A stretch of 32,000 nt of DNA from the NCBI GenBank assembly GCA_964551375.1, contig CAZKBG010000001.1, positions 867,329 through 899,328 of the forward strand. Reading direction: 5' to 3'. Positions 17,404 through 26,895 of the stretch are shown here, in pieces. Each line of letters starts with the position of its first letter. The first letter of the stretch is position 1. A program made the position numbers and the translations under genes. The stretch comes from an uncultured archaeon. GTDB lineage: Archaea; Iainarchaeota; Iainarchaeia; Iainarchaeales; JAAZKV01. The notes under the pieces are model-generated. The model did no database searches, had not been told where the DNA came from, and was given only the letters and a program-made list of their open reading frames with translations.

Positions 17404-18390
17404 TTATTTGTAGAAGTGTTTTGAAAAATCAATTCCTTTAATATATTCTTCTGTTCCCTGTTTTTTTGCAGTTTTGTGCTTCTTTGAATGAGCCTTGTAT
17501 CTAAGCACTCTCTGCTTTCTTATTGAAATCGGGGCTCTTGAAGCAACTCCTGGGCCTCCAATGCACCCTCCATTGCAGAACAAAATATCATAAAACACCT
17601 TGTCGGGATTTTTAGAAAAAAGCGAAGTGAGATTATTGCAGCCGTCGCAGGCAACCATGTCTTTTTTGTCAAGAATTTCCTTATAGTGAAGAGTGGCGCT
17701 CAAGCCCCCAGCGAGAGGATAAATTGAAGTGTATGAATTATTGAAAGAATCAAAAATAGGAGAGCAGTGGTGCTTTGAAGGCTTTTCTTTTGCAACAATC
17801 TGCTTCATCTCCGCAAAAGTAACGCAGGCTTCAATTAATCTTTTTCCTTTATTATCAACAAAACCCACTGCTTCTACTTTCTTTGCTCCGCACGGGGCAA
17901 GGAAAACAATTGTGTGGTTCGGAAAATTCTTTTTTGCAACTTTCGCCATCGCAGCCATGGGAGAAACAAATGGAAGAAGATATTTTTTTAATTCAGGATG
18001 CTGATGCTCAATAAGAGAAACACTCGCTGGACAAACTGAAGCAATAAATTTATCCTTGAAATTTTTATCCTTCTTTTTTCCGCCTTTAATATAATCAGAG
18101 TAATGCTCCTTGATATATTTGTGATACTGCTGATTTACTATCTTCGCTCCAAAAGTCAGTTCAGTGACTTTATCAAAACCCAAATTTTTCATTACCTGAA
18201 CAAAATACTTATAATCAAAATCAACAACATAAGCAGGCGCAGCCATAAGGCAGAGTTTTATTTTAGTTCTTGGTTTAGTTGCTTCCTTAATAAGCGCAAG
18301 GACCTTTCTCTGGTCCTCATTGTAGCCGAAGAAATCAAGATTATCAATCTCAACCATGCTACAACAAGGACCAAAGGAGTATTTATTCAT
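17404..18390 (-). CDS. [FeFe]-hydrogenase large-subunit-like (H-cluster) domain protein, stand-alone
   Basis: L1-like FIASVCPASVSLIE, L2-like LAPCGAKKVEA, YPLAGGLSATLHYKEI (cf. FGxTGGVMEA), L3-like ILFCNGGCIGGPG. No N-terminal ferredoxin domain. Confidence 0.82.
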   Translation of the reverse strand: MNKYSFGPCCSMVEIDNLDFFGYNEDQRKVLALIKEATKPRTKIKLCLMAAPAYVVDFDYKYFVQVMKNLGFDKVTELTFGAKIVNQQYHKYIKEHYSDYIKGGKKKDKNFKDKFIASVCPASVSLIEHQHPELKKYLLPFVSPMAAMAKVAKKNFPNHTIVFLAPCGAKKVEAVGFVDNKGKRLIEACVTFAEMKQIVAKEKPSKHHCSPIFDSFNNSYTSIYPLAGGLSATLHYKEILDKKDMVACDGCNNLTSLFSKNPDKVFYDILFCNGGCIGGPGVASRAPISIRKQRVLRYKAHSKKHKTAKKQGTEEYIKGIDFSKHFYK

Positions 18391-18995
18391 TATTTTTGGT
18401 TTTTTTCTTTTTCTCCGCGCATTTTAATCCAATCTTCCCTCAAAAGCCCGTACTCATTAATATCATGCACGCGTCCGGTTGCTTTTGAGCGATGCCTTTG
18501 CCTTCTTGTGCCCTCATAAGAGAAGCCAAGCGAGCGGATCAATACATTTGAGGCAGTGTTGTCTGGAACCGCGCTGATATCAATTCTTCTCAAATTGATT
18601 CGGCTAAACGCAAAGTCAATTACTGCCCTTGCTGCTTCGCCCATGATTCCTCTCCGCCAGAATCTTTCGCCAAGCCAGTAACCAACAGTGCCTGTTCCTT
18701 CAAACCTGTCAATCTTTGAAAGCCCAATAACTCCCATCAGAACATCTTCGTCCCTAAAAGTTACTGCGAAATCAAAGTTTGTCCTCTCATCAACGCTTTG
18801 CGCTGATTGTGGAATGTTCTTGTTCACAAACCACTCTGCGTCGCTAAGATTATATGGGTAAGGGAGCAGAGTCATGTACTGCGAGATGCTCAAACTATTT
18901 GCATTCTCAACAATGCTTGCCTCATCCCCCCTCCTTAAATCTCTTAGCACAAGACGGTTTGTTTCAATCCTTATGCCTAAATTATTTTCAACCAT
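18390..18995 (-). CDS. GNAT-family N-acetyltransferase (RimJ/RimL-like)
   Basis: IETNRLVLRDLRRGD, GVIGLSKIDRFEGTGTVGYWLGERFWRRGIMGEAARAVIDFAF, NTASNVLIRSLGFSYEG. Stop overlaps the next start by 1 nt. Confidence 0.9.
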   Translation of the reverse strand: MVENNLGIRIETNRLVLRDLRRGDEASIVENANSLSISQYMTLLPYPYNLSDAEWFVNKNIPQSAQSVDERTNFDFAVTFRDEDVLMGVIGLSKIDRFEGTGTVGYWLGERFWRRGIMGEAARAVIDFAFSRINLRRIDISAVPDNTASNVLIRSLGFSYEGTRRQRHRSKATGRVHDINEYGLLREDWIKMRGEKEKNQK

Positions 18996-19179
18996 TTGCT
19001 TTCGCTCCTACGCACCAAAAACCTCCTTCAACTGACTTTTCCAAGACTAATTTCTACGCCGATGGCTTACGCTAACTAAAAATCTATATTTGAATTAACT
19101 GCCGCGCAAAATTCTCTGCAGCAAAAGAAAGTCCAAATTGCGGCAAAAAGCCAAAAATCAATTTAGCTGGTTAAAGAAA

Positions 19180-19354
19180 GCAAAAAAGCAGGATTATTTT
19201 TTTATTTTCATAAAACCTTGCTAAAAGCTTTAATGCATCCAATAGCCTTCCAATTGCTGCCAGCCAAATCTTTAGGCAAGCTGCATTGACGGAGCTTTTG
19301 ATTTACAATTAGCGGTCGCTACGGGGATAGCCCCATTAGCTTCGAAAAGCCCTC
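19180..19354 (-). ncRNA. Candidate structured non-coding RNA (class unknown)
   Basis: Large gene-free interval, minus-strand TATA-like GTATAATAT (19375-19383), GC-rich hairpin GCUA-A-UGGGG-CUAU-CCCCG-UAGC, 8-bp outer helix, T-rich end (CTGCTTTTTTGC). Confidence 0.35.
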
Positions 19355-19512
19355 TGAAGTTATATAATTGATGCATATTATACTTTTATTCTTTTTATTA
19401 AAAAGAAATCCTTGCTTTTTGATGTAATAATTAGAACATAACAATTGACGAACTAAACGCAATATTTTTAATAGGCGGAAGCGATTACTTTGTATTGTTA
19501 AAGTGATGAAAT

Positions 19513-21204
19513 TTGAATAAATTTGGAAAACTATTAATTCTGTCATTAATCCTGATAGGCTTTATGGCTTTTGCAAGCGCTGATTATTTGACTGTGCTTA
19601 AGCCAAACGGGGGCGAATACTTAAGCGGAACATATCAAGTAGATTATTTGCTTTATATTGCCGACCAAACTTATCCTCAAGATATTTTAGACCCGATTCT
19701 TTCGCTTTATTTAACAGAGCTGACTGATTTGAACGGAGTTATTGGGTATAAAGACCATTTAATCGAACGACTGTCAAAAAGTGAAATTATTTGCGATGGA
19801 AATTTTTACTCTGAAATAATTGCCTGTCATTATGATTGGAATACTCTTGCCCCTGTGTTTAATATGCCGAGCGGAAATGACGGCAATTTTTTCTTAAAAG
19901 CGCGCTTTGACAGCGACAATTCAGCGGACATTTCGGACAATGAATTTACAATTGACAATTCAAACCCAATGACTAATTTAGAAATTAGCGGCTGGCAAAA
20001 GAATGACTTTAATGTTTTATTCTCGTGCTATGACACAGGAACTGGATGCGCTTTTACCTATTATCAAATACCGGCAATTGACTCTAACTGGATGACTATA
20101 GGAAGCGGAGAGTATATTGCAATTGATTCTGATGGAAATTATATTGTGAATTTTTACTCGAAAGACAATGCGGGAAACATTGAAGCTATGCAAAGCGGAT
20201 TTTTGCTTTTGGATAAAAATTCTCCAATTGCGCCTGTATTGAATTTGCCGATAGGATTTGATATTAATTTTGGGTTAAATCCTGTTGCCCTTGAATGGAG
20301 CGGGGCAGGCGATGGTTTGAGCGGAATTAATAATTATTTAATATGGAAAAAACAATCTGACTCAAATTCTTGGACATATCTTGGAGAAACCCCTGATTCA
20401 AATTATTTTGACTATGCTATAATTTCTGATTTAAATTATTGCTATATTGTTGAAGCATTTGATTTGGCTGGAAATGATTCCAACTCGACTGAAAGCTGTG
20501 TAATGATTGACTCAACCGTTCCTGTAATGACTTCCTTAAATGCAAGCGTGAACGGCTCAAGCGTTACATTAACTTACTTGGCAACTGATGAGAACAGCTC
20601 TGGAATAAAAAATTATTTTATTCAAAACGGAACTAATGGGTGGATTAGCACAACCGAAATCAGCTATGTTTTTGACGGACTGGCAAACGGAACTTATTTA
20701 TTTTATGCAAAATCAATTGACCATGCAGGTCATGATTCAAACGCACTTCTTGCAGAAGCAACGGTAAATGTTGTTCCAACTGGAGGAGGAAGCCCTCCGG
20801 CAAGCACAGGGGCATTGGCATCAGCAAATCCAGTTGGAGGAAGCGCTCCATTAGCTAATAATTCGCAAAATCAACCTGTGGAAAATGGTTCTTTAATAAC
20901 GCATCCAAAAGTGAGAATTTCAAATCCAACAAAACCAAACAAACTTAATGCGACACCTGACACTAATACAAAAGAAAATCTTGTAATTAATTCAGGGCAT
21001 GTTGAAGCATCGGCTGAGGAGCCAATCAAAAGCACTTCACTGTTCCAGTTCGGGCAGAGCGAATCAATTATTTCAATTGTGATAATAATTCTTCTCTCAA
21101 TATTGATTCTATACTTGGCTGAAGTAAGAAGAAGGAGAAAAGAAAGCGCGATTGACGACCATTTGCAAATAAAAGAGCATAAATTTGGAAAATGGTCTGC
21201 TTAA
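19513..21204 (+). CDS. Secreted/membrane-anchored surface protein with FN3-like repeats (TTG start)
   Basis: Signal LLILSLILIGFMAFASA, Ig/FN3-like repeats (GLSGINNYLIWKKQSDSNSWTYLGETPD...YCYIVEAFDLAGNDS; ENSSGIKNYFIQNG...TYLFYAKSIDHAGHDS), C-terminal TM IISIVIIILLSILILYLAEVRRRRKE. Confidence 0.8.
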   Translation: MNKFGKLLILSLILIGFMAFASADYLTVLKPNGGEYLSGTYQVDYLLYIADQTYPQDILDPILSLYLTELTDLNGVIGYKDHLIERLSKSEIICDGNFYSEIIACHYDWNTLAPVFNMPSGNDGNFFLKARFDSDNSADISDNEFTIDNSNPMTNLEISGWQKNDFNVLFSCYDTGTGCAFTYYQIPAIDSNWMTIGSGEYIAIDSDGNYIVNFYSKDNAGNIEAMQSGFLLLDKNSPIAPVLNLPIGFDINFGLNPVALEWSGAGDGLSGINNYLIWKKQSDSNSWTYLGETPDSNYFDYAIISDLNYCYIVEAFDLAGNDSNSTESCVMIDSTVPVMTSLNASVNGSSVTLTYLATDENSSGIKNYFIQNGTNGWISTTEISYVFDGLANGTYLFYAKSIDHAGHDSNALLAEATVNVVPTGGGSPPASTGALASANPVGGSAPLANNSQNQPVENGSLITHPKVRISNPTKPNKLNATPDTNTKENLVINSGHVEASAEEPIKSTSLFQFGQSESIISIVIIILLSILILYLAEVRRRRKESAIDDHLQIKEHKFGKWSA

Positions 21205-21245
21205 ATAAATTAAGTTTAAGCACTTTTTCTGGTTAATTCAAAAAT

Positions 21246-22478
21246 TTATTTTCTTTCTCTCAATGCAAAAACTTTATCATTAATTCTTACTCTTTCGCTT
21301 GTTTTAATTCCGACAAGATCGCCCTTTTTAGCGCTTGAAACATTTTTGTGATGCACCTGCATTGAGTCAAGAGTCTGCTCAATAAAAGTAGTAATCCCCT
21401 CAATCACAAGCTTGTCCCCAAGTTTTATATCATCAATGACTTTGATTTCAGCAACCTGCACTTTTGCATAATAATTAACAACAATACCAACCTGCACCCT
21501 TTTCTGCTTTTGAAAACTTCCCTGCCCCCTTGCTAAATCATTTCCGTCAGGAATTTTATTAAAAAATCCTTCAGAAAATTCTCTATTATATACTTTCTCA
21601 AGCTCTCTATTCCAATGTGCAACCTTTTCTTTAGAAAAAGTTCCATCACTTACTGCATCAATCGCTTCTCTATAACATTTAGTAACTCCAGCCACATAAT
21701 CGCTTGGCTTTGTTCTTCCCTCAATTTTAAGCGAATCAACGCCGGTATCAATAACCTTATCCAAAAAATCAATTGTCTTCATATCCTTTGCGGAGAGAAT
21801 TGTGTCGCCGTCAAGATACACTTCCTTTTTTTCATAATTAGGCGCAGTCCCGTCAAGGAAAAAAGCTCTTCTGCACGGCTGAAGGCACTCGCCTCTATTA
21901 GCGCTTCTTCCAAATAAATCATGGCTCAAAAAACATCTTCCTGAAACTGAAATGCACATAGCGCCGTGAATAAAGCATTCAACTTCAACTTTGCTTTTCA
22001 TTGCGCCTCTCTTCACAGCCTTTATTTGCTTTAAATTTAATTCCCTTGCAAGAATAATTCTTGATACTCCTAAAGTTGCAAATTCTTTTAATGCTAAGGA
22101 ATTAGAAACGCTTGCCTGAGTGCTCAAAAATATTTTCATTTTGTGCTTTTTAGCAACCGCAAGCACTCCCATATCAGAAAGAATTACTGCATCAACACTT
22201 GCTTTCTTTGCGGCAAGAATAATTTTTTCCACTTTCTTTAATTCTTCCTCAAAAATAATTGTATTAAGAGCAAGGTATCCTTTTACTTTATTTTCATGCA
22301 AATATTTCATTAATTTCGCAAGTTCTTTTTCAGTAAAATTAGTTCCAAGATCCCTCATGTTATATCCTTTAACTCCAAAATAAACCGCATCAGCGCCGTT
22401 CTTTACAGCGGCAATTGCGCATGTAAAATCTGCAATTCCAACCAATAATTCAGGCTTTGTTTTATTCATACAAATCAA
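21246..22478 (-). CDS. Peptidase U32 family protein
   Basis: AVYFGVKGYNMRDLGTNFTEKEL, VECFIHGAMCISVSGRCFLSHDLFGRSANRGECLQPCRR, DSLKIEGRTKPSDYVAGVTKCYREAID. Confidence 0.92.
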   Translation of the reverse strand: MICMNKTKPELLVGIADFTCAIAAVKNGADAVYFGVKGYNMRDLGTNFTEKELAKLMKYLHENKVKGYLALNTIIFEEELKKVEKIILAAKKASVDAVILSDMGVLAVAKKHKMKIFLSTQASVSNSLALKEFATLGVSRIILARELNLKQIKAVKRGAMKSKVEVECFIHGAMCISVSGRCFLSHDLFGRSANRGECLQPCRRAFFLDGTAPNYEKKEVYLDGDTILSAKDMKTIDFLDKVIDTGVDSLKIEGRTKPSDYVAGVTKCYREAIDAVSDGTFSKEKVAHWNRELEKVYNREFSEGFFNKIPDGNDLARGQGSFQKQKRVQVGIVVNYYAKVQVAEIKVIDDIKLGDKLVIEGITTFIEQTLDSMQVHHKNVSSAKKGDLVGIKTSERVRINDKVFALRERK

Positions 22479-22574
22479 TTCAATATCAAATCACAATATC
22501 AAGAAGCAATTTTGCCCCCGACTAAAATCTCATTCCTCCAATACTTTATAAATGATTATCACTCCCAATTAGAT

Positions 22575-23003
22575 ATGCCTAGGATCTACTTTTCATTAAA
22601 GCAGGCGAATGAACTTTTGAAGAAATTGCGCCCCGAAGTTGAGCGAGTAAGCGAGCTAAATGAACAGCTTCAGATGCTTGACAACACTAAAATTGAATTT
22701 GACGAAGATAATGTCGAAAACTTTCTGCTTGAAGTTGAATTAAACAAAAACTTCCACGAAAAAAACGTTGAACTTTATTCTCTGCTCGGGTTTTTGATAA
22801 GGCAGGGCTGCGTAGTAAGAGACCTTGATAAAATGGAAATTGATTTGTACTCAAAATTCAATGACAAGGAAATATTATTCTGCTGGAGGCCAATAGAAGA
22901 CTCAATTTCTTTCTGGCATTACTCTGGAGAAGATATGTCCAAAAGAAAACCGATAAAACAGGTTGAAGAAGCTTATTTTGAACAGCTGAGAAGGATGAAG
23001 TAG
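22575..23003 (+). CDS. DUF2203-like protein
   Basis: Start at ATG 22575 (MPRIYFSLKQANELLKKLRPEVERV); GCVVRDLDKMEIDLYSKFNDKEILFCWRPIEDSISFWHYSGEDMSKRKPI. Confidence 0.7.
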   Translation: MPRIYFSLKQANELLKKLRPEVERVSELNEQLQMLDNTKIEFDEDNVENFLLEVELNKNFHEKNVELYSLLGFLIRQGCVVRDLDKMEIDLYSKFNDKEILFCWRPIEDSISFWHYSGEDMSKRKPIKQVEEAYFEQLRRMK

Positions 23004-23194
23004 CCAAAAGGGGCGAATTTTATCAGCTTAACACCAACCATTATAAAGGTTTCTAAATCTACTTTCTATATTATTGGCCTTAGATGGCTGTTAGGCGCTT
23101 GGTGAATTATAGGTTTTTTGCTTGATTGTTTATAACTTTCTCGCTTCCTATTTCGCATGACGCTAAAAAGAGAGAATATTTGCCTGGTGGTAGA

Positions 23195-23422
23195 TTGGTT
23201 GAACAAAAAAGACACTATTTAGTTCCAGAGCATGTACTGATTAAGAAAGAAAAAGTTGCAGAATTAATGGCAGAACTTGGAATAAAAAAAGACGCTCTGC
23301 CAAGAATCGAAAAACTAGACGCTGCAATAAAACACCTAAAGCCTGAAAAAGGCGATGTTGTAAAAATAATCCGAGACTCTCTAACAGCTGGCCAAACAGT
23401 TTACTATAGAAGAGTAATTTAA
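23195..23422 (+). CDS. rpoH: DNA-directed RNA polymerase subunit H (RPB5-like), probable TTG start after GGTGG
   Basis: HYLVPEHVLIKKEKVAELMAELGIKKDALPRIEKLDAAIKHLKPEKGDVVKIIRDSLTAGQTVYYRRVI. The ORF track extends to 23126 but the homologous region begins here. Confidence 0.9.
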   Translation: MVEQKRHYLVPEHVLIKKEKVAELMAELGIKKDALPRIEKLDAAIKHLKPEKGDVVKIIRDSLTAGQTVYYRRVI

Positions 23423-23529
23423 ATTTAGGCTGGCCAAAATGGTCGGATTATAATTAAAGCCGAAATGGGTTGATTCGGCTAATCTGCTCTAAAAGGGCAA
23501 AGCAATCCGCAACATAAAGGGTGAAATGC

Positions 23530-24993
23530 ATGTCTTGGGAATTAATGGAATCATATTTAAGAAATAAGAATATTGCACAAATGGAGATTGACTCATTTAA
23601 CCAATTCATAGATCAAAAATTAACTGACATTGTTCAAGAGAACGCCCTAATTGTTCCAAAAATCGAAGAAGTAAGAATTGAACTTTCTAATATTGAACTT
23701 GACAAGCCAAAAATCATTGAAGCTGACGGCTCCCCAAGAGACGAATTCACTCCAATGGAAGCAAGACTAAGAAACAGAACATACGCAGGACCAATTTACT
23801 TAACTATGAGACTTTTTAGAAGAGATGTTGAACAAGACGCAAGAAGAACATACATTGGAGATTTGCCAATAATGGTAAAATCAAATTTATGCTGGTTAAA
23901 TGGAAAAAGCCCTGAAGAATTAACCGAAATGGGCGAAGATCCAAAAGACTTTGGCGGATATTTTATTGTAAACGGAAGCGAAAAAGCATTAATGACACAA
24001 GAAGTGCTTTCAAGCGACAGAGTATTAATTTCTGAAGGAGAAAAAGGAGTTGTTGCAGAAGTTATCTCAACTAGAGGTGCGTTTAAAGGAAGAGTAAGAA
24101 TACTAAGATCAAACGAAGGATTAATTTACGCATCATTCCCAACAAGCCCAAAGAAACTTTCACTATTCTCATTATTCAAAGCGCTAGGGCTTAAAACAAA
24201 AAAAGATATTTTTGACGCATTCCCTGAACAAATTGAAATACAAAACGACTTATTATTGAACTGGGAAGAATGCGAAATCAATACTGAAGAAGAAGCGCTT
24301 GATAAGATTGGTAAATTCGTTGCTCCAGGACAGGTAATTGATTACAGATTAAGAAGAGCAAAAGAAGTAATAGACGGATTTTTGCTTCCTCACATCGGAC
24401 AGGACGAGCCTGCAAGACTTGCTAAAGCATATTACTTGGCAATGATGGCAACAAAAGCTATCGAACGCTCATACGGATTAAGAGGAAAAGACGATAAGGA
24501 CCATTACACAAACAAAAGACTTGAACTATCAGGAAAGTTAATGGAACACTTATTCAGATACTCATTCAAGTACTTTGTAAAAGATTTGAGATTCCAGATT
24601 GACAGAACTGTAACAAGAAGAAGAAAATTAAACATTTCAACAATCGTAAGACCTGGAGCAGTAAGCGAAAGAATCAAATTCGCAATGAGCACAGGAAACT
24701 GGATTGGAAGAAGCACTGGTGTTGCAAAATTCATGGATAGAGTAAATTACCTGGCTCCATTAACAGACTTAAGAAAAGTAAAATCACAATTAAGCAAAAC
24801 AAGAGAATTATACGAAGCACGTGACGTTCACGGAACACACTGGGGAAGACTTGATCCAATAGAAACTCCTGACGGACCGCAGTGCGGACTAGTAAAAAAT
24901 CTCTGCTTCATGGCGGAAGTAACAACAGAAGCAAAAGAAACTCCTGTTGAAGAATTTTTGCACAAACAGGGAGTAAAGTTAAAAAAATTATAA
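23530..24993 (+). CDS. rpoB2: DNA-directed RNA polymerase subunit B''
   Basis: ATG after GGGTGA (23521 or 23530). FIVNGSEKALMTQEVLSSDRV, GRSTGVAKFMDRVNYLAPLTDLRKVKSQLS, ARDVHGTHWGRLDPIETPDGPQCGLVKNL. Confidence 0.96.
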   Translation: MSWELMESYLRNKNIAQMEIDSFNQFIDQKLTDIVQENALIVPKIEEVRIELSNIELDKPKIIEADGSPRDEFTPMEARLRNRTYAGPIYLTMRLFRRDVEQDARRTYIGDLPIMVKSNLCWLNGKSPEELTEMGEDPKDFGGYFIVNGSEKALMTQEVLSSDRVLISEGEKGVVAEVISTRGAFKGRVRILRSNEGLIYASFPTSPKKLSLFSLFKALGLKTKKDIFDAFPEQIEIQNDLLLNWEECEINTEEEALDKIGKFVAPGQVIDYRLRRAKEVIDGFLLPHIGQDEPARLAKAYYLAMMATKAIERSYGLRGKDDKDHYTNKRLELSGKLMEHLFRYSFKYFVKDLRFQIDRTVTRRRKLNISTIVRPGAVSERIKFAMSTGNWIGRSTGVAKFMDRVNYLAPLTDLRKVKSQLSKTRELYEARDVHGTHWGRLDPIETPDGPQCGLVKNLCFMAEVTTEAKETPVEEFLHKQGVKLKKL

Positions 24994-25080
24994 AAAATCA
25001 GAATAAAAAGCGCGAAGAAATTTTGCGCTTTAATTATATTTAGGTGTTGAAGGAAAAAAATAATTTGTGGGTGAGGAAAA

Positions 25081-26895
25081 ATGGCAACGATAGCAAAGGT
25101 TTACATCAATGGAAGGTTAATCGGATTTCACGAAAATCCTGAAGAGCTGACTCAAAAAATAATTGACGCAAGAAGACAAAGTAAACTTCCAATCCAGATG
25201 AACGTATCCCACCACAAAGACACTAATGAAATATACCTAAACACCGACGCAGGAAGACTGCAAAGACCTGTAATTGTAGTAAAAAACGGAAAAAGCGCTT
25301 ACACTCCTGAACTTGCAAAACAAGTAAAGGAAGGAAAATTATCATTCAACCAGTTAGTTGAAATGGGCGTAATTGAATACCTTGATTCTGAAGAAGAAGA
25401 AAACGCACTGGCTGCGCAGGACGAAAGCCAGATTACAAAAGAAACAACTCATCTTGAAATTGACGGAGCAGCAACACTAAGTGTGATAACAAGCTTAGTT
25501 CCATACGTACAGCACAACATGGCTGGAAAGGCACTGCACGGAGCAAAGATGTTTAAGCAGGCAATCGGAATGGGAGCAATCAACTACAAAATAAGACACG
25601 ACACAGAAGGATACATGCTTTACTACCCAGAAAAAAACTTGGTAAAAACAAAAACAATGGATTTTATTGAACTAGACAAAAGACCTCAAAGCCAAAACTT
25701 TGTAATGGCAGTAATGCCATACTACGGCTTCAACACAATGGATGCAATAATTTTAAACAAAGGAGCAATCGATAGAGGACTTGCAAGAGCTTCATACTTT
25801 AGAAATTACGAAACAATTGAACAGAGATACCCAGGCGGGCAGAGAGACAAATTCGAAATACCAACAGAAGAAAAAGTTGGGTACGTAGAAGAAGACAACT
25901 ATAAAAAATTAGGCCCTGACGGAATCATACAGCTTGAACAGAGAATTGAAGAAGACGAAGCAATAATCGGAAAAACTTCCCCTCCAAGATTCTTTGAAGA
26001 AATGACTGAATTTGGGGTAGATGAAGAAAAAAGAAGAGACGCTTCACTAACTATTAGAAAAGGAAAACCAGGATACATTGACACAGTAATGATGACAGAA
26101 GCAGAAGACGGAAGCAGACTTGTAAAAGTAAAAGTAAGAACTCCGTTAATTCCAGCAGTTGGAGACAAACTTGCATCAAGACACGGACAAAAAGGTGTTG
26201 TGGCAATGATTGTTCCAGAAGAAGACATGCCATTCACAATTGATGGAATAAAGCCGGACCTCATAATTAACCCTCACTCAATCCCATCAAGAATGACAAT
26301 GGGACACTTATTAGAAATGTTGGGCGGAAAAGCAGGCGCTGCGGCAGGAAAAATAATTGACGGAACACCGTTCAATTCAACTCCAATGCTTGAACTTGAA
26401 GCGCTATTACGCGAAAACGGATTTAGAGGAGACGGAATGGAAATCTTCTATGACGGAATCAGCGGAAAAAGAATTGAAGGAGAAATATTTACTGGTGTAA
26501 TTGCAACTCAGAAACTTTACCACGTAGTAACACACAAACTGCAGGCAAGAGCAAGAGGACCTGTGCAGGTTTTGACAAGACAGCCAACCGAAGGAAAAGA
26601 AAAAGAAGGCGGACTAAGATTTGGAGAAATGGAAGGCGAAACACTTGTCGGACACGGAGCTGCAATGCTGCTTCACGAAAAACTAATCGAAGACTCAGAC
26701 AAGACAGTTGAACTTGTATGCGAAAAATGCGGAGTAATAGCGGTAAACGACGAAATAAGAAGAAAAAGATACTGCCCTCTTTGCAAAACTACAGCAGTAT
26801 ATCCTGTAGAAATGTCATACGGTTTCAAACTACTGCTTGAGGAATTAAAAGCATTAGGAATAATGGGCAAAATAAACTTAGTGGACAAGGTGTAA
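25081..26895 (+). CDS. rpoB1: DNA-directed RNA polymerase subunit B'
   Basis: GYNTMDAIILNKGAIDRGLARASYFR analogue (YGFNTMDAI), VGDKLASRHGQKGVVAMIVPEEDMPFT, GLRFGEMEGETLVGHGAAMLLHEKL, CEKCG...CPLC zinc site. Confidence 0.97.
   Translation: MATIAKVYINGRLIGFHENPEELTQKIIDARRQSKLPIQMNVSHHKDTNEIYLNTDAGRLQRPVIVVKNGKSAYTPELAKQVKEGKLSFNQLVEMGVIEYLDSEEEENALAAQDESQITKETTHLEIDGAATLSVITSLVPYVQHNMAGKALHGAKMFKQAIGMGAINYKIRHDTEGYMLYYPEKNLVKTKTMDFIELDKRPQSQNFVMAVMPYYGFNTMDAIILNKGAIDRGLARASYFRNYETIEQRYPGGQRDKFEIPTEEKVGYVEEDNYKKLGPDGIIQLEQRIEEDEAIIGKTSPPRFFEEMTEFGVDEEKRRDASLTIRKGKPGYIDTVMMTEAEDGSRLVKVKVRTPLIPAVGDKLASRHGQKGVVAMIVPEEDMPFTIDGIKPDLIINPHSIPSRMTMGHLLEMLGGKAGAAAGKIIDGTPFNSTPMLELEALLRENGFRGDGMEIFYDGISGKRIEGEIFTGVIATQKLYHVVTHKLQARARGPVQVLTRQPTEGKEKEGGLRFGEMEGETLVGHGAAMLLHEKLIEDSDKTVELVCEKCGVIAVNDEIRRKRYCPLCKTTAVYPVEMSYGFKLLLEELKALGIMGKINLVDKV

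Noticed and set aside
19192-19370. tRNA, SRP RNA or RNase P RNA in the structured gap
   Set aside because: No T-arm GTTCRANNC, no SRP GGAA/AGCA loop arrangement and no RNase P GAGGAAAGUC-like core were seen. Kept only as an unclassified ncRNA candidate.
19319-19546. Minus-strand ORF 19319-19546
   Set aside because: AT-rich, overlaps the start of the surface-protein gene and the ncRNA candidate promoter. No domain-like features.
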